A stretch of DNA of 64,000 nucleotides, taken from Tidjanibacter sp. (GTDB lineage Bacteria > Bacteroidota > Bacteroidia > Bacteroidales > Rikenellaceae). The stretch covers positions 9,651 to 73,650 of the forward strand of contig JAGBGK010000005.1 of assembly GCA_017936005.1 (NCBI GenBank), in the 5' to 3' direction. Each line of letters opens with the position of its first letter. Positions within the stretch are counted from its first letter, which is position 1. The notes under the pieces are model-generated. The model saw only the letters and a program-made list of their open reading frames with translations, had not been told where the DNA came from and made no database searches. This document shows, in pieces, positions 9,729 through 21,191 of the stretch. A program made the translations under genes and the position numbers.

Positions 9729-11186
9729 ATGTTTACCGAACAAGACCTTAAACAAATCGCCGCTCACGGCCTCTCACTTTGTGAGGTGGAGCAGCAAATT
9801 GACAATTTTCGTAAAGGATTTCCCTATCTGAACATTAAGTCGTCCGCTACTGTTGGTAATGGAATTTGTGCCATCGACGAGGCCGCAGCCGAGGAGTTGC
9901 GTGCCGAGTATAGGGCAGTTGCAAATGGACTCAAAGTGGAGAAGTTTGTGCCTACAAGTGGTGCGGCTACACGAATGTTTAAGGATTTGTTCGCCTATGT
10001 GAACGATGGCGAAATGAACTCCGTTGTGGAGAAGGTGGGTGCCAATCTGGATAAGTTTGCCTTTGCTGAGGAGTTGGCCAAGATTGTCCCCGAGGGTGCT
10101 TCGCTCCCCGAGATTATCTCTGCCATCATCGGTGAGGGACTCGAATATGGCGCAAAACCCAAAGGCCTTGTGTTGTTCCACCGCTATCAGACGGGCGCTG
10201 CTCGCACAGCCTTTGAGGAGCACTTGGTGGAGGGTGCAATGTATGCCGCTTGCAATGGCGTGGTGAACATCCACTTCACCGTTTCGCCCGAACATATGGA
10301 GGGCTTCCGCTCGCTGTTTGAGAGTGTGAAGGAGTACTACGAGGGCCGCTATGATGTGCGCTACAATATCTCAATGTCGGTGCAGAAGAGTAGTACCGAT
10401 ACCATTGCGGTTAACCCCGATTGCACACCCTTCCGTAACGATAAAGGCGAACTGTTGTTCAGGCCCGCAGGACACGGTGCGCTCATTGAGAATCTGAACG
10501 ATATCGATGCCGACATCATCTTCATCAAGACCATCGACAATGTGGCTCCCGATGCTCGCAAGGGCGATACGATTAAGTATAAGGAGATTTTGGCCGGTAT
10601 TCTGGTCACCACCCAAAAGAAAATATTTGACTATGCTGCCGCATTGGAGGCAGGCACAGCAGATGTGGAAGAGGTTGTTGCCTTTGTGGAGAACGACTTG
10701 TGCGTGAGACTGCCCGAGGGAGTGAAGAGTGGCGAGGAGGCACAACTGAAAGAGGTGCTTGCAGGGCTGCTTGACCGCCCATTGAGGGTGTGCGGTATGG
10801 TGCGTAACGAGGGAGAACCCGGTGGCGGTCCCTTCTGGGCCGAGGGTGCCGATGGTGTGGTGTCGTTGCAGATTGCCGAGTCGTCGCAGATTTCGCCCGA
10901 GCAGAAACACCTTATGGCGGAGGCTACCCACTTTAACCCCGTGGATATCGTGTGTGGTACCAAAAACCGCAAGGGCGAAAAATATGACTTCAAGAAATAT
11001 GTGGACCCCGCAACGGGATTTATTTCGAGCAAATCGTCGGCAGGACGTACTCTGCTGGCGCAGGAGTTGCCCGGATTGTGGAATGGTGCGATGGCTTCGT
11101 GGAACACCTTGTTTGTTGAGGTGCCCATCACGACCTTCTCGCCCATCAAGGTGGTAACCGACCTGCTCCGCCCCGAGCACCAATAG
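9729..11186 (+). CDS. DUF4301 family protein (nucleotidyltransferase-like fold)
   Basis: KFVP.SGAATRMFK, FRP.GHGALI.NL, GEPGGGPFW, THFNPVD, ELPGLWNGAM. Confidence 0.9.
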   Translation: MFTEQDLKQIAAHGLSLCEVEQQIDNFRKGFPYLNIKSSATVGNGICAIDEAAAEELRAEYRAVANGLKVEKFVPTSGAATRMFKDLFAYVNDGEMNSVVEKVGANLDKFAFAEELAKIVPEGASLPEIISAIIGEGLEYGAKPKGLVLFHRYQTGAARTAFEEHLVEGAMYAACNGVVNIHFTVSPEHMEGFRSLFESVKEYYEGRYDVRYNISMSVQKSSTDTIAVNPDCTPFRNDKGELLFRPAGHGALIENLNDIDADIIFIKTIDNVAPDARKGDTIKYKEILAGILVTTQKKIFDYAAALEAGTADVEEVVAFVENDLCVRLPEGVKSGEEAQLKEVLAGLLDRPLRVCGMVRNEGEPGGGPFWAEGADGVVSLQIAESSQISPEQKHLMAEATHFNPVDIVCGTKNRKGEKYDFKKYVDPATGFISSKSSAGRTLLAQELPGLWNGAMASWNTLFVEVPITTFSPIKVVTDLLRPEHQ

Positions 11187-11214
11187 ACCGTCGATCGTCG
11201 ACCGTCAACCGACG
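11187..11214 (+). repeat. ACCGTCR heptamer array (4 degenerate units)
   Basis: ACCGTCG ATCGTCG ACCGTCA ACCGACG directly after the stop codon. Confidence 0.75.
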
Positions 11215-11285
11215 GATGAATGTGGGTGGGGGAGCGACGTTGAGAAGAAATAGACAAAAACAAATATAACAACAATAAACACACA

Positions 11286-11888
11286 ATGGAAAATAAAAAA
11301 CTTCAAGAACTGACAGAGAAACTCTACACAGAGGGACTGACCAAAGGCCGTGAGGATGCCGAGCGTATGGTAGCCGAGGCCGAGCAGAAGGCTGCCGCAA
11401 TTGTGGCAGAGGCAGAGAAAGCCGCAGCAGCAACCATCAAAGCTGCCGAGCATAAGGCCGAGGAGATTAAGAAAAACAACCAGACCGAGGTGGCACTTGC
11501 TACCCGCCAGGCAGTGGCTGCCCTGAAAGAGCAGCTTGCTTCGTTGGTGGTGGCAAAGGCTGTTGAGCCTGCTGTACACGCAACCACCATCGAGCCTGCC
11601 TTCATTAAGGAGATGTTGCTCGGTATTGCCCGTGGCTGGAATGGCGAGAGGGTGGAGTTGGAGGCAACTCTTCCCGCTGCACTCAAAGAGCAGTTTGAGG
11701 CAGATGCAGAGGGTGCTGTGAAGGCACTTTTGGCAGAGGGTGTAGAGGTTGGTTACTCGGAGAGGGTGAAGAGTGGCTTTAAGGTTGCCCCCAAAGATGG
11801 TGGTTTCTATATCTCTTTCACCGACGAGGACTTCAATGCTCTGTTGGGCGAGTTCTTGAAAGAGAAAATTGTGAAAATGCTCTTCTAA
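11286..11888 (+). CDS. V/A-type ATPase subunit E
   Basis: KLQELT.KLY.EG coiled coil; first gene of V-ATPase operon. Confidence 0.88.
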   Translation: MENKKLQELTEKLYTEGLTKGREDAERMVAEAEQKAAAIVAEAEKAAAATIKAAEHKAEEIKKNNQTEVALATRQAVAALKEQLASLVVAKAVEPAVHATTIEPAFIKEMLLGIARGWNGERVELEATLPAALKEQFEADAEGAVKALLAEGVEVGYSERVKSGFKVAPKDGGFYISFTDEDFNALLGEFLKEKIVKMLF

Positions 11889-11906
11889 ACCCACAAATCG
11901 CTATTT

Positions 11907-12782
11907 ATGGCTACAAACTACTATTGCCTTGTTGCGAGCCTGAGGGAGTATCAACTCGATGGCGACCTGAAAGGTTTCGACGCAAGGGGTATCATAGAGG
12001 AGATTGCAGGAGAGCTCGTGAAGGCCGACCGTAAGGCGCTGGGAGCATTTCTGCTCTACCACGACGTGTGCAACCTTATCAACCTGCGTGCAGGTAGGGA
12101 GGCATTCTCCACTTTGGGTAACTTCTCTCGTGAGGAGTTGACGGAGGAGTTGGAGAATCCCACGCTGTTGCCCGCAGAGTTGGCCGAGGTTATTGCGCTC
12201 TACGGCGAGGTGGCAAAGGAGGAGGTGGATGCCGACGACCCACGATTGGCGAGGGTGAATGTGGATGCACCCTTCGAGCGTGAGTTGTTTGCTGCCTACT
12301 ACCGCTACTGCGCTACAAGTGGGTGCCGCTTTGTGAGGGAGTGGGCCGAGGCAGACCGCAACTTGCGTAATATCTCGGTTGCTCTTACGGCTAAACGTAA
12401 GGGCCTCTCTGTTGGTGAACGATTGGTGGGTGGTGGCGATATTGTTGCCCAGCTGCAACGCTCTTCGGCAGCCGACTTCGGCTTGAAGGGCGAGGTGGGC
12501 TATATCGACACCCTCATTGGTGCTCTCTCGGAGGGCGACAACCTCTTGGAGAAGGAACACCGCATTGACCTTATCAGGTGGAATATGGCCGAGGAGTTGG
12601 CTACTTTCGACTACTTCAACATAAATATGCTGCTCAGCTACGTGGCACGTTTGTGCCTTGTTCACCGTTGGGCTATGCTCGATGGCGAGAGGGGACGTGA
12701 GATGTTCCGCAAACTTGTCTCTTCGCTTGGTGCGGGCGACAAGATTGCCGAGGCCGAGAAGCGTTATGCAGAGGAAAGATAA
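11907..12782 (+). CDS. DUF2764 family protein (V-ATPase subunit C-like)
   Basis: NYYCLVASL start; position between E and A. Confidence 0.85.
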   Translation: MATNYYCLVASLREYQLDGDLKGFDARGIIEEIAGELVKADRKALGAFLLYHDVCNLINLRAGREAFSTLGNFSREELTEELENPTLLPAELAEVIALYGEVAKEEVDADDPRLARVNVDAPFERELFAAYYRYCATSGCRFVREWAEADRNLRNISVALTAKRKGLSVGERLVGGGDIVAQLQRSSAADFGLKGEVGYIDTLIGALSEGDNLLEKEHRIDLIRWNMAEELATFDYFNINMLLSYVARLCLVHRWAMLDGERGREMFRKLVSSLGAGDKIAEAEKRYAEER

Positions 12783-12813
12783 TCAGCAAAAGAAATAATA
12801 TAAACAAAGAGTA

Positions 12814-14562
12814 ATGAAAACTACCGGTAAAGTACAAGGTATTATCTCCAACATCGTAATTGTGCGTGTGGACGGTCCTGTGTCGCAGAACGAAATCTGC
12901 CACATCACCGTTGGCGGCATGAATTTGATGGCCGAGGTAATCAAAGTAACGGGCAAAGATGCCTATGTTCAGGTGTTCGACTCCACTCGTGGTCTGCGTA
13001 TTGGTGCAGAGGTGGAGTTTGAGGCACATATGCTGGAAGCCACTCTGGCTCCCGGTATCATCTCTCGCAACTACGACGGTCTGCAAAACGACCTCGAAAA
13101 GATGGAGAGCCTTTTCATCGAGAGGGGTACCCAAACCGACCCTATCGATTTTGAGAAACTGTGGGACTACACTCCGCTTGCAAAGGTGGGCGATGTGGTA
13201 ACGGCAGGCGATTGGCTCGGTCAGGTTAGGGAGTTGTGGATTGACCACAAGATTATGGTACCCTTCGTTATGGAGGACACCTACACCATCAAGTCGCTCA
13301 CCGAGGCAGGCTCCTACAACGTGAACACCGTTGTTGCTGTGTTGACCGACTCGAAGGGCGAGGACCACGAGGTTACTATGGTGCAGAAATGGCCCGTTAA
13401 GAAGGCCATCAAAGGCTATGTGTCCAAACCCCGTCCCAGCCGTATTATGGAGACAGGTGTGAGGGCAATCGACACCTTCAACCCCATTGCCGATGGTGGT
13501 ACGGGCTTTATCCCCGGCCCCTTCGGTGCAGGTAAGACCGTGTTGCAGCACGCTATCTCGAAGCAGGCCGAGGCCGACATTATCATTATGGTTGCGTGCG
13601 GAGAGCGTGCAAACGAGGTGGTGGAGATTTTCGCCGAGTTCCCACACTTGGACGACCCCCGTACGGGCCACAAACTGATGGAGCGTACCACCATCATCTG
13701 TAACACCTCAAATATGCCCGTGGCTGCACGTGAGGCTTCGGTTTATACGGGTATGACTCTGGCGGAGTACTATCGTGCGATGGGACTTAAAGTGTTGCTG
13801 TTGGCCGACTCCACTTCGCGTTGGGCACAGGCTCTGCGTGAGATGTCGAACCGCTTGGAGGAGCTTCCCGGTCAGGATGCATTCCCTATGGACCTTTCGG
13901 CCATCATTTCGAACTTCTATTCGAGGGCAGGCCTTGTTCACTTGCGTAGCGGTGCTACCGGTTCGGTAACGTTCCTCGGTACGGTATCGCCTGCGGGTGG
14001 TAACTTGAAGGAGCCCGTAACGGAGTCCACCAAGAAGGCCGCAAGGTGCTTCTATGCTCTCTCGCAGCAGAGGGCCGACTCAAAACGCTACCCTGCAATC
14101 GACCCCTTGGATAGCTACTCCAAATATCTCGAATATCCCGAAATTGTGGACTACTTGGACGACCACATTGAGAAAGGCTGGGTTAAGAACGTAATGGAGG
14201 GTAAAACCCTTGTACAGAGGGGTAAGGAGGCAGCCGAGCAGATCAACATCTTGGGTGATGACGGTGTGCCTGTGGAGTACCACGAGAGGTTCTGGAAGAG
14301 CGAGTTGTTGGACTTTGTGATTTTGCAGCAGGATGCGTTCGATGCTATCGATGCCAACTGCCCCATCGAGCGTCAGCAGTATATGTTTGACCTTGTGATG
14401 GATGTGTGCCGCAAGGACTATGACTTTGCAGATTTTGAGGAGTGCTCGGCATACTTTAAGGCTCTCATCAACCTCTTCAAACAGCTCAACTATACCGAGT
14501 GGCAGAGTGCCGAATTTGCGGACTACCGCCAGAAGATTGACCAATTTGTTGCCACCAAATAA
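12814..14562 (+). CDS. ntpA: V/A-type ATPase subunit A
   Basis: GPFGAGKT Walker A, CGERANE, NTSNMPVAAREAS, DSTSRWA. Confidence 0.97.
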   Translation: MKTTGKVQGIISNIVIVRVDGPVSQNEICHITVGGMNLMAEVIKVTGKDAYVQVFDSTRGLRIGAEVEFEAHMLEATLAPGIISRNYDGLQNDLEKMESLFIERGTQTDPIDFEKLWDYTPLAKVGDVVTAGDWLGQVRELWIDHKIMVPFVMEDTYTIKSLTEAGSYNVNTVVAVLTDSKGEDHEVTMVQKWPVKKAIKGYVSKPRPSRIMETGVRAIDTFNPIADGGTGFIPGPFGAGKTVLQHAISKQAEADIIIMVACGERANEVVEIFAEFPHLDDPRTGHKLMERTTIICNTSNMPVAAREASVYTGMTLAEYYRAMGLKVLLLADSTSRWAQALREMSNRLEELPGQDAFPMDLSAIISNFYSRAGLVHLRSGATGSVTFLGTVSPAGGNLKEPVTESTKKAARCFYALSQQRADSKRYPAIDPLDSYSKYLEYPEIVDYLDDHIEKGWVKNVMEGKTLVQRGKEAAEQINILGDDGVPVEYHERFWKSELLDFVILQQDAFDAIDANCPIERQQYMFDLVMDVCRKDYDFADFEECSAYFKALINLFKQLNYTEWQSAEFADYRQKIDQFVATK

Positions 14563-14578
14563 TTAGGAGAAGAAAGAT

Positions 14579-15895
14579 ATGGAAACAAAGGCTTTTCAGA
14601 AGATATACACAAAGATTGACAACATCACCAAAGCCACCGTGTCGCTTCGTGCAACGGGTGTTGGTAACGACGAGTTGGCAACCGTTGGTGGCCACTTGGC
14701 CCAGGTGGTGAAGATTATGGGCGACCAGGTAACCTTGCAGGTGTTTGAGGGTACGGAGGGTATCTCCACCGATGCAGAGGTTGTATTCCACGGCGTACCT
14801 CCCACGTTGAAGGTGGGCGATGGTCTTGCAGGTCGCTTTTTCAATGCCTACGGACAGCCCCTCGAAGGTGGCGCACCCGTTGAGGGCGAGGAGAGGGAGA
14901 TTGGCGGTCCTACCGTTAATCCCTTCAAACGTCGCCAGCCTTCGGAGCTGATTGCTACGGGTATCGCAGGTATCGACCTTAATAATACTATTGTATCGGG
15001 TCAGAAGATTCCCTTCTTTGCCGACCCCGACCAGCCCTACAACCAAGTGATGGCCAATGTGGCTCTGCGTGCCGAGGCCGACAAGATTATTCTGGGCGGT
15101 ATGGGTATGACCAACGACGACTTCCTCTACTTCAAAAACTTGTTTGAGAACGCAGGTGTGTTGGATAGGATTGTGTGCTTTGTGAACACCACCGAGAATC
15201 CTCCCGTGGAGCGTCTGTTGGTACCCGATATGGCCCTCACTGCGGCAGAGTACTTCGCAGCCGATAAGAGCGAGAAGGTGCTTGTGCTGCTGACGGATAT
15301 GACTCTTTATGCCGATGCGCTGGCTATCGTGTCGAACCGTATGGACCAGATTCCTTCGAAGGACTCTATGCCCGGCTCGCTCTATTCGGACTTGGCGAAG
15401 ATCTACGAGAAGGCGGTGCAGTTGCCTTCGGGTGGCTCGATTACCATCATTGCCGTTACCACTCTGTCGGGTGGCGATATCACCCACGCTGTGCCCGATA
15501 ACACGGGTTACATCACCGAGGGTCAGCTCTTCTTGCGTAACGACACCGACACCGGTAAGGTTATCGTTGACCCCTTCCGTTCGCTGTCGCGTCTGAAACA
15601 GCTCGTGATTGGCAAGAAAACAAGGGAGGACCACCCACAGGTGATGAATGCTGCTGTACGTCTGTATTCGGATGCTGCGGGTGCCAAGACCAAGTTGGAG
15701 AATGGTTTCGACCTCTCGGACTACGACGAGCGTGCGCTGGCCTTTGCTAAGGAGTATTCGGACAAACTGCTCTCGATTGATGTGAACATCGACATTACCG
15801 AAATGCTCGACACCGCTTGGAGCTTGTTTGCCAAGTACTTCAAGAAGAGCGAGGTTACCATTAAGTCGGAGCTAGTTGAAAAGTACTGGAAATAA
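14579..15895 (+). CDS. ntpB: V/A-type ATPase subunit B
   Basis: LQVFEGT, GQKIPFF, PDNTGYITEGQ, SLSRL. Confidence 0.97.
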   Translation: METKAFQKIYTKIDNITKATVSLRATGVGNDELATVGGHLAQVVKIMGDQVTLQVFEGTEGISTDAEVVFHGVPPTLKVGDGLAGRFFNAYGQPLEGGAPVEGEEREIGGPTVNPFKRRQPSELIATGIAGIDLNNTIVSGQKIPFFADPDQPYNQVMANVALRAEADKIILGGMGMTNDDFLYFKNLFENAGVLDRIVCFVNTTENPPVERLLVPDMALTAAEYFAADKSEKVLVLLTDMTLYADALAIVSNRMDQIPSKDSMPGSLYSDLAKIYEKAVQLPSGGSITIIAVTTLSGGDITHAVPDNTGYITEGQLFLRNDTDTGKVIVDPFRSLSRLKQLVIGKKTREDHPQVMNAAVRLYSDAAGAKTKLENGFDLSDYDERALAFAKEYSDKLLSIDVNIDITEMLDTAWSLFAKYFKKSEVTIKSELVEKYWK

Positions 15896-15942
15896 CTTGA
15901 CTTCATGAAATAAGAACCATTCTAATAGATAATATAATTTAG

Positions 15943-16542
15943 ATGGCAATAAAGTTTCAATACAACAAAACATCGCTTGGCGAACTCGGCAAGCAACTCA
16001 AAATGCGCCAAAGGGCACTGCCTACCATCAAGAGTAAGGAGTCAGCCCTGAGGGTTGAGGTGTCGGCGGCCAAAGAGAAGGCCGAAGGCTACCGCCAGCG
16101 CATCGAGGCGTTGCAGGCACGCTACGACTATATGGTCGTACTGTGGGGCGAGTTCGACAGTGACCTTCTGAGGGTTAAGGATGTGGAGTTGGGCATCAAC
16201 AAGATTGCAGGCGTGAAGATTCCTGTGCTTAAAGAGGTGCTCTTTGAGCAGAAGGACTACGACCTCTTCTCTTCGCCGGCGTGGTATGCCGACGGAGTGG
16301 AGGTGCTCAAAGAGATTGCCCGCTTGGGTATCGAGTTTGAGGTCTTCAACCGCCGCACCGAGTTGCTCGACTACGCTCGTAAGAAAACCACCCAGAAGGT
16401 AAACCTCTACGAGAAGGTGCAAATCCCCGGTTATGAGGATGCTATCCGCAAGATTAAGCGTTTCTTGGAGGACGAGGAGAACCTCTCGAAGAGTGCTCAA
16501 AAGATTGTGAAAACCAAACACGAACAACTCGAAGCCCTATGA
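15943..16542 (+). CDS. ntpD: V/A-type ATPase subunit D
   Basis: KTTQKVNLYEKVQIP. Confidence 0.95.
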   Translation: MAIKFQYNKTSLGELGKQLKMRQRALPTIKSKESALRVEVSAAKEKAEGYRQRIEALQARYDYMVVLWGEFDSDLLRVKDVELGINKIAGVKIPVLKEVLFEQKDYDLFSSPAWYADGVEVLKEIARLGIEFEVFNRRTELLDYARKKTTQKVNLYEKVQIPGYEDAIRKIKRFLEDEENLSKSAQKIVKTKHEQLEAL

Positions 16543-18359
16543 TAGTTAAGATGAACAAATATACTCTTGTGCTCTATCACAAGGCACAGGAGGAGTTTCT
16601 TGCAAGGTTGCAGGAACTCGGTGTGGTCGATATCACTACCACAGGGTGGGAGCCTAACCCACAAGAGCAGGCGCTTCTCTCGGAGATTGAGGGCCACAAG
16701 CAGGCACTCGAAGAGTTTGATGCTCTGAGCAAAAAGGAGGGTTTTGTTTTGGGCGAGCCCTACGCTTCGGGCAAGGTGGCCTATGAGGAGTACCAGACGG
16801 CCTCCGCAAAGGTGGAGAGCCTCACGAGCCTCATTGCCAAGACCGAAAAGGAGGCCGAGGAGTTGGCCGCTTGGGGCGATTTCGACCCCGAGTTGGTGGC
16901 GAAGTTGGAGAATGAGGGCATCGTGCTCCACTTCTTTTCGTGCTACTCCAACGAGTTTGCCCGCGCTGTGGAGCAGTGGAGCGAACTCTACACTCTGGAA
17001 ACCATCGCCGAGCAGGGCGGTGTAACCTACTTTGTGGTCGTTGGCCACAAGGGCGAACCAATGCCCGCTATTGATGCACAACAGGTGCGTACCCCCAATG
17101 TTAACCGAGAGGGTAAGATGCAGGAGGTGGAGGCATTGAAGGCTCAACTTGCCGAGTGGAATAGCATTATTGGTAGGTGTGTGGCCAGCCGTGAAGAGGT
17201 GGCTAAGCACGCCGACGAGATTAAGGACCGCCTCCAATTCAGTCAGGTGAGCAATAGCGGTACGGGCGAGGCCGAGGGCCGACTCATCGTGTTGCAGGGC
17301 TGGGCTCCGGTGGATAACGAGAAGGAGGTTGATGCTCTGCTGGACGAGCAGAACGACCTGCTGTATGCCAAGGAGAAACCCACAATGGAGGACGACACCC
17401 CCGTGGTGCTCAAAAACGGCTGGTTTGCTAAACCCTTTGAGTTCATCGGCGACTTCTATGCTGTACCCAAGTATGGCACTATGGACCTCACGAGGTACTT
17501 TGCACCTTTCTATATGCTCTTCTTCGGCTTCTGTATTGGCGATGCGGGCTATGGTGCTACCTTCTTCCTCATTGGTCTGTTTATGTGGTTGAAGAAGATG
17601 AAGGGTATGAGGCTCATATCCCAACTCGTTATGTGGTTGGGCTTGGGTGCTACACTCTTTGGTCTGCTGGTGGGTAATGTCTATGGCGTGTCGCTGCGTG
17701 AGTTGGGTGTGCCCGAGTGGTACCACAACGCAATGCAGACCGTCAACGACCAACTCTTCTATATCGCACTCGGCTGCGGTATTGTGCAGATTATCTTCGC
17801 CCTTGTGCTCAATGTGATAAATACCACCATTGCCTACGGATTTAAGTACTCGTTCGGCACTCTGGGTTGGCTTATCATATTGGTTGACTGCTTGTTGGCG
17901 TTCCTGCTGCCTATGGTTGGTGTTGAGGGCTTCGGCTTCTCGTCGCCCTTGTGCTTGGGTATCTTGGGCGTGGGAGCGGTGCTGATGCTGCTGCTCAACA
18001 ACCCCAACCGTAACCCTCTGGTCAACTTCGGCTCGGGTCTGTGGGATACCTACAACAACCTCACGGGTCTGCTGGGCGACGTGCTGAGCTATGTCCGCTT
18101 GTTTGCCATCAGCCTTTCGGGTGGTGCGCTGGCGGTTGTGTTCAACGACTTGGCGGGTAGCCTTGCACCGGATATTCCTGTGGCTAAACAACTTGTGATG
18201 TTCATCATCCTCGCCTTCGGCCACGGTATCAACATCTTTATGTCGGCCATTGGTGCCTTCGTTCACCCTATGCGACTCACCTTCATTGAGTTCTATAAGA
18301 ACGCAGGCTTCGAGGCTGCTACTCGCATCTACACTCCTTTCAAGAAAAGTGGAAAATAA
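16539..18359 (+). CDS. ntpI: V/A-type ATPase subunit I
   Basis: GDAGYG, DVLSYVRLFA, HPMRLTFIEF. Confidence 0.95.
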   Translation: MIVKMNKYTLVLYHKAQEEFLARLQELGVVDITTTGWEPNPQEQALLSEIEGHKQALEEFDALSKKEGFVLGEPYASGKVAYEEYQTASAKVESLTSLIAKTEKEAEELAAWGDFDPELVAKLENEGIVLHFFSCYSNEFARAVEQWSELYTLETIAEQGGVTYFVVVGHKGEPMPAIDAQQVRTPNVNREGKMQEVEALKAQLAEWNSIIGRCVASREEVAKHADEIKDRLQFSQVSNSGTGEAEGRLIVLQGWAPVDNEKEVDALLDEQNDLLYAKEKPTMEDDTPVVLKNGWFAKPFEFIGDFYAVPKYGTMDLTRYFAPFYMLFFGFCIGDAGYGATFFLIGLFMWLKKMKGMRLISQLVMWLGLGATLFGLLVGNVYGVSLRELGVPEWYHNAMQTVNDQLFYIALGCGIVQIIFALVLNVINTTIAYGFKYSFGTLGWLIILVDCLLAFLLPMVGVEGFGFSSPLCLGILGVGAVLMLLLNNPNRNPLVNFGSGLWDTYNNLTGLLGDVLSYVRLFAISLSGGALAVVFNDLAGSLAPDIPVAKQLVMFIILAFGHGINIFMSAIGAFVHPMRLTFIEFYKNAGFEAATRIYTPFKKSGK

Positions 18360-18863
<504 letters not shown>

Positions 18864-18866
<3 letters not shown>

Positions 18867-18992
18867 AAAAACGCAGATAACGAGCGACTGCTGCGTTACA
18901 CTGCGATAAACGCCCTCCTCATTTACGTTTAGTAAACTGCGGAGGGCGTTTTCTTGTGTGCCTTGCATTCATCTCATTCTTTGCGTTTTTTA
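18864..18992. repeat. ~130-bp MITE/REP-like palindromic element, copy 1
   Basis: Ends TAAAAAAACGCA...TGCGTTTTTTA; central hairpin CGCCCTCC-TCATTTAC...GTAAACTGC-GGAGGGCG; second copy at 33566-33695. Confidence 0.85.
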
Positions 18993-19293
18993 CCGCTACC
19001 AAACGTTAGATAGCACTCCAACAAAAAAATACACAAAACAGCCTGTGGCTGCTCCTCATTTGCGAAAGCAAACTGCGGGGCCGCTTTCTCGTTTGGCACA
19101 AAATGCCCCTCGCACTTTGCGTTTTTTATCGCTAATAAACGTCAGATAGCACCCCGACCAAATGAGTAAAGCGTCATTCTGACGCCCTTGCATTCATCTC
19201 GTTCTTTGCGTTTTTTACCGCTACCAAACGTTAGATAGCACTCCAACAAAAAAATACACAAAACGGCCTTAGGCCGCGCACTTTGCGTTTTTT
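18961..19293 (+). repeat. Direct-repeat array with variable hairpin interiors
   Basis: 18961-19044 matches 19186-19269 at 82/84; CTTTGCGTTTTTTA at ~18979, 19115, 19204 and 19281. Confidence 0.85.
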
Positions 19294-19300
19294 AATTATG

Positions 19301-19529
19301 GTCTAACGTCTAACGTCCAACGTCTTTTTAAGGTCCCTTTCTGCCCTTCCTGCCCTTTCTTGCTCTTTCTTGCCCTTTTTGAGCATACCCCTCAGTCGCT
19401 TTGCGACAGCTCCTGCTCGGCGAGGCCGCCGAGCGCAATTTCGACCACCCCTCCCATCATCCCCTGTCGTAGGGGGAGGGGCTTTTAGGGGAGGAGTAAT
19501 TTTCCATTTTCAATTTTCCATTTTCAATT
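19301..19529. repeat. Mosaic repeat cassette (GTCYAAC x3, GCCCTTTCT-type tract, REP-like element, TTTTCMA x4)
   Basis: Read directly; modules shared with other intergenic spaces. Confidence 0.8.
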
Positions 19530-19613
19530 ATTTTTTCTATTTTTGTAGATTGAATAGGTGTGGACACGCCAAACGACAAGAAACAATAGAAAACAATAAA
19601 AATATAGAAGACT

Positions 19614-21154
19614 ATGACACAGGAAGAACTCTTTAAGAAACTGATTGCTCACTGTAAGGAATATGGTTTTATTTTCCCTTCGAGCGAGATTTACGACGGA
19701 CTGAGTGCCGTGTATGACTACGGCCAGCTGGGCGTGGAGTTGAAGAACAACATCAAGACCTATTGGTGGGATTCGATGACCAAACTGCACGACAACATTG
19801 TGGGTATCGATGCAGCAATCTTTATGCACCCCAAGGTGTGGGAGGCGAGTGGCCACGTTGGCGCATTCAACGACCCTCTGATTGATAATAAGGACTCCAA
19901 GAAACGCTACCGTGCCGACGTGTTGATTGAGGATTGGATTGCCAAGCAGGACGAGAAGATTGAGAAGGAGTGCACCAAGGCTGCAAAACGCTTTGGCGAG
20001 AGTTTCAACAAGGAGATGTTCCTCCAAACCAACGGCCGTGTGTTGGAGATTGCTGCCAAGAGGGACGCGGTCAACAAACGTATGGCTGATGCTCTCAATG
20101 CCAACGACCTTGTGGAGTTGAGGCAGATTATCCTCGACTGCGAGATTGTGTGCCCCATTTCGGGCTCGCGCAACTGGACCGAGGTTAGGCAGTTCAACCT
20201 GATGTTCTCAACCCAGATGGGCTCGGTGGCCGAGGGTGCCAACACCGTCTATCTGCGTCCCGAGACCGCACAGGGTATCTTTGTGAACTTCCTCAATGTG
20301 CAGAAGACCGGTAGGATGAAGATTCCTTTCGGTATTGCCCAGATTGGTAAGGCCTTCCGTAACGAGATTGTGGCTCGCCAATTCATCTTCCGTATGAGGG
20401 AGTTGAACAGATGGAGATGCAGTTCTTTGTGCGTCCCGGCGAGGAGATGATGTGGTGGAACAAGTGGAAAGAGACCCGTATGAGTTGGCACCGTGCCCTC
20501 GGCTTTGGTGATGAGAACTACCGCTTCCACGACCACGATAAGCTCGCACACTATGCCAACGCCGCTACCGACGTGGAGTACAACTTCCCCTTCGGTTTCA
20601 AGGAGGTGGAGGGTATCCACAGCCGTACCGACTACGACTTGGGCCGCCACCAGCAGTACTCGGGTAAGAAGATTCAGTACTTCGACCCCGAGACAGGCGA
20701 GAGCTATGTTCCCTATGTGGTTGAGACATCCATTGGTGTTGACCGTATGACCTTGCAGGTTCTTTCGGCTGCATATAAGGAGGAGCAGTTGGAGAATGGC
20801 GAGACCCGTACCGTGTTGTCGTTCCCCGCACCTTTGGCACCTGTGAAAGTGGCAGTGTTGCCTTTGGTTAAGAAGGACGGCTTGCAGGAGATTGCAATGG
20901 ACCTCGTGCACAAGCTCAAATTCAGCCACAATGTGCAGTATGACGAGAAGGACTCCATCGGTAAACGTTACCGCCGTCAGGATGCCATTGGTACTCCCTT
21001 CTGCGTAACTGTTGACCACCAGACCAAAGAGGATGGTACGGTTACTATCCGTGAGAGGGATACGATGAAACAGTGGAGGGTAAGCATCAGCGAGTTGGAG
21101 GCTATTGTTGCCGAGAAGGTAAGTATGCGCCAATTGTTCGAGAAATTGGTGTGA
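19614..21154 (+). CDS. glyQS: Glycine--tRNA ligase (alpha2 type), split by a 1-nt frameshift at ~20403
   Basis: YDYGQLG, LRPETAQG, IGKAFRNE then MEMQFF, EGIHSR, IGKRYRRQD; conserved FRMREFEQME broken at GAG TT GAA. Confidence 0.93.
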
Positions 21155-21157
21155 TTA

Positions 21158-21186
21158 AGCCATTAGCTGTTAGCCATTAGCTGTAG
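21158..21186. repeat. TTAGCCA/TTAGCTG heptamer tract
   Basis: AGCCATTAGCTGTTAGCCATTAGCTGTAG; reverse-complement relative at 42214-42238. Confidence 0.65.
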
Positions 21187-21191
21187 AAAGT

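Noticed and set aside
18961-19293. CRISPR array
   Set aside because: Irregular spacing, self-complementary and mutually related interiors, and no cas genes; kept as a non-CRISPR array.
18958-19636. ORFs 18958-19149 and 19370-19636 (likewise 29472-29690, 33497-33733, 58722-59045)
   Set aside because: They are translations of repeat modules (FQFSIF, STVDR), not plausible proteins.
19614-21154. glyQS as a true pseudogene or two-subunit GlyRS
   Set aside because: There is a single indel inside a conserved motif with no other decay, and the enzyme is the alpha2 type.
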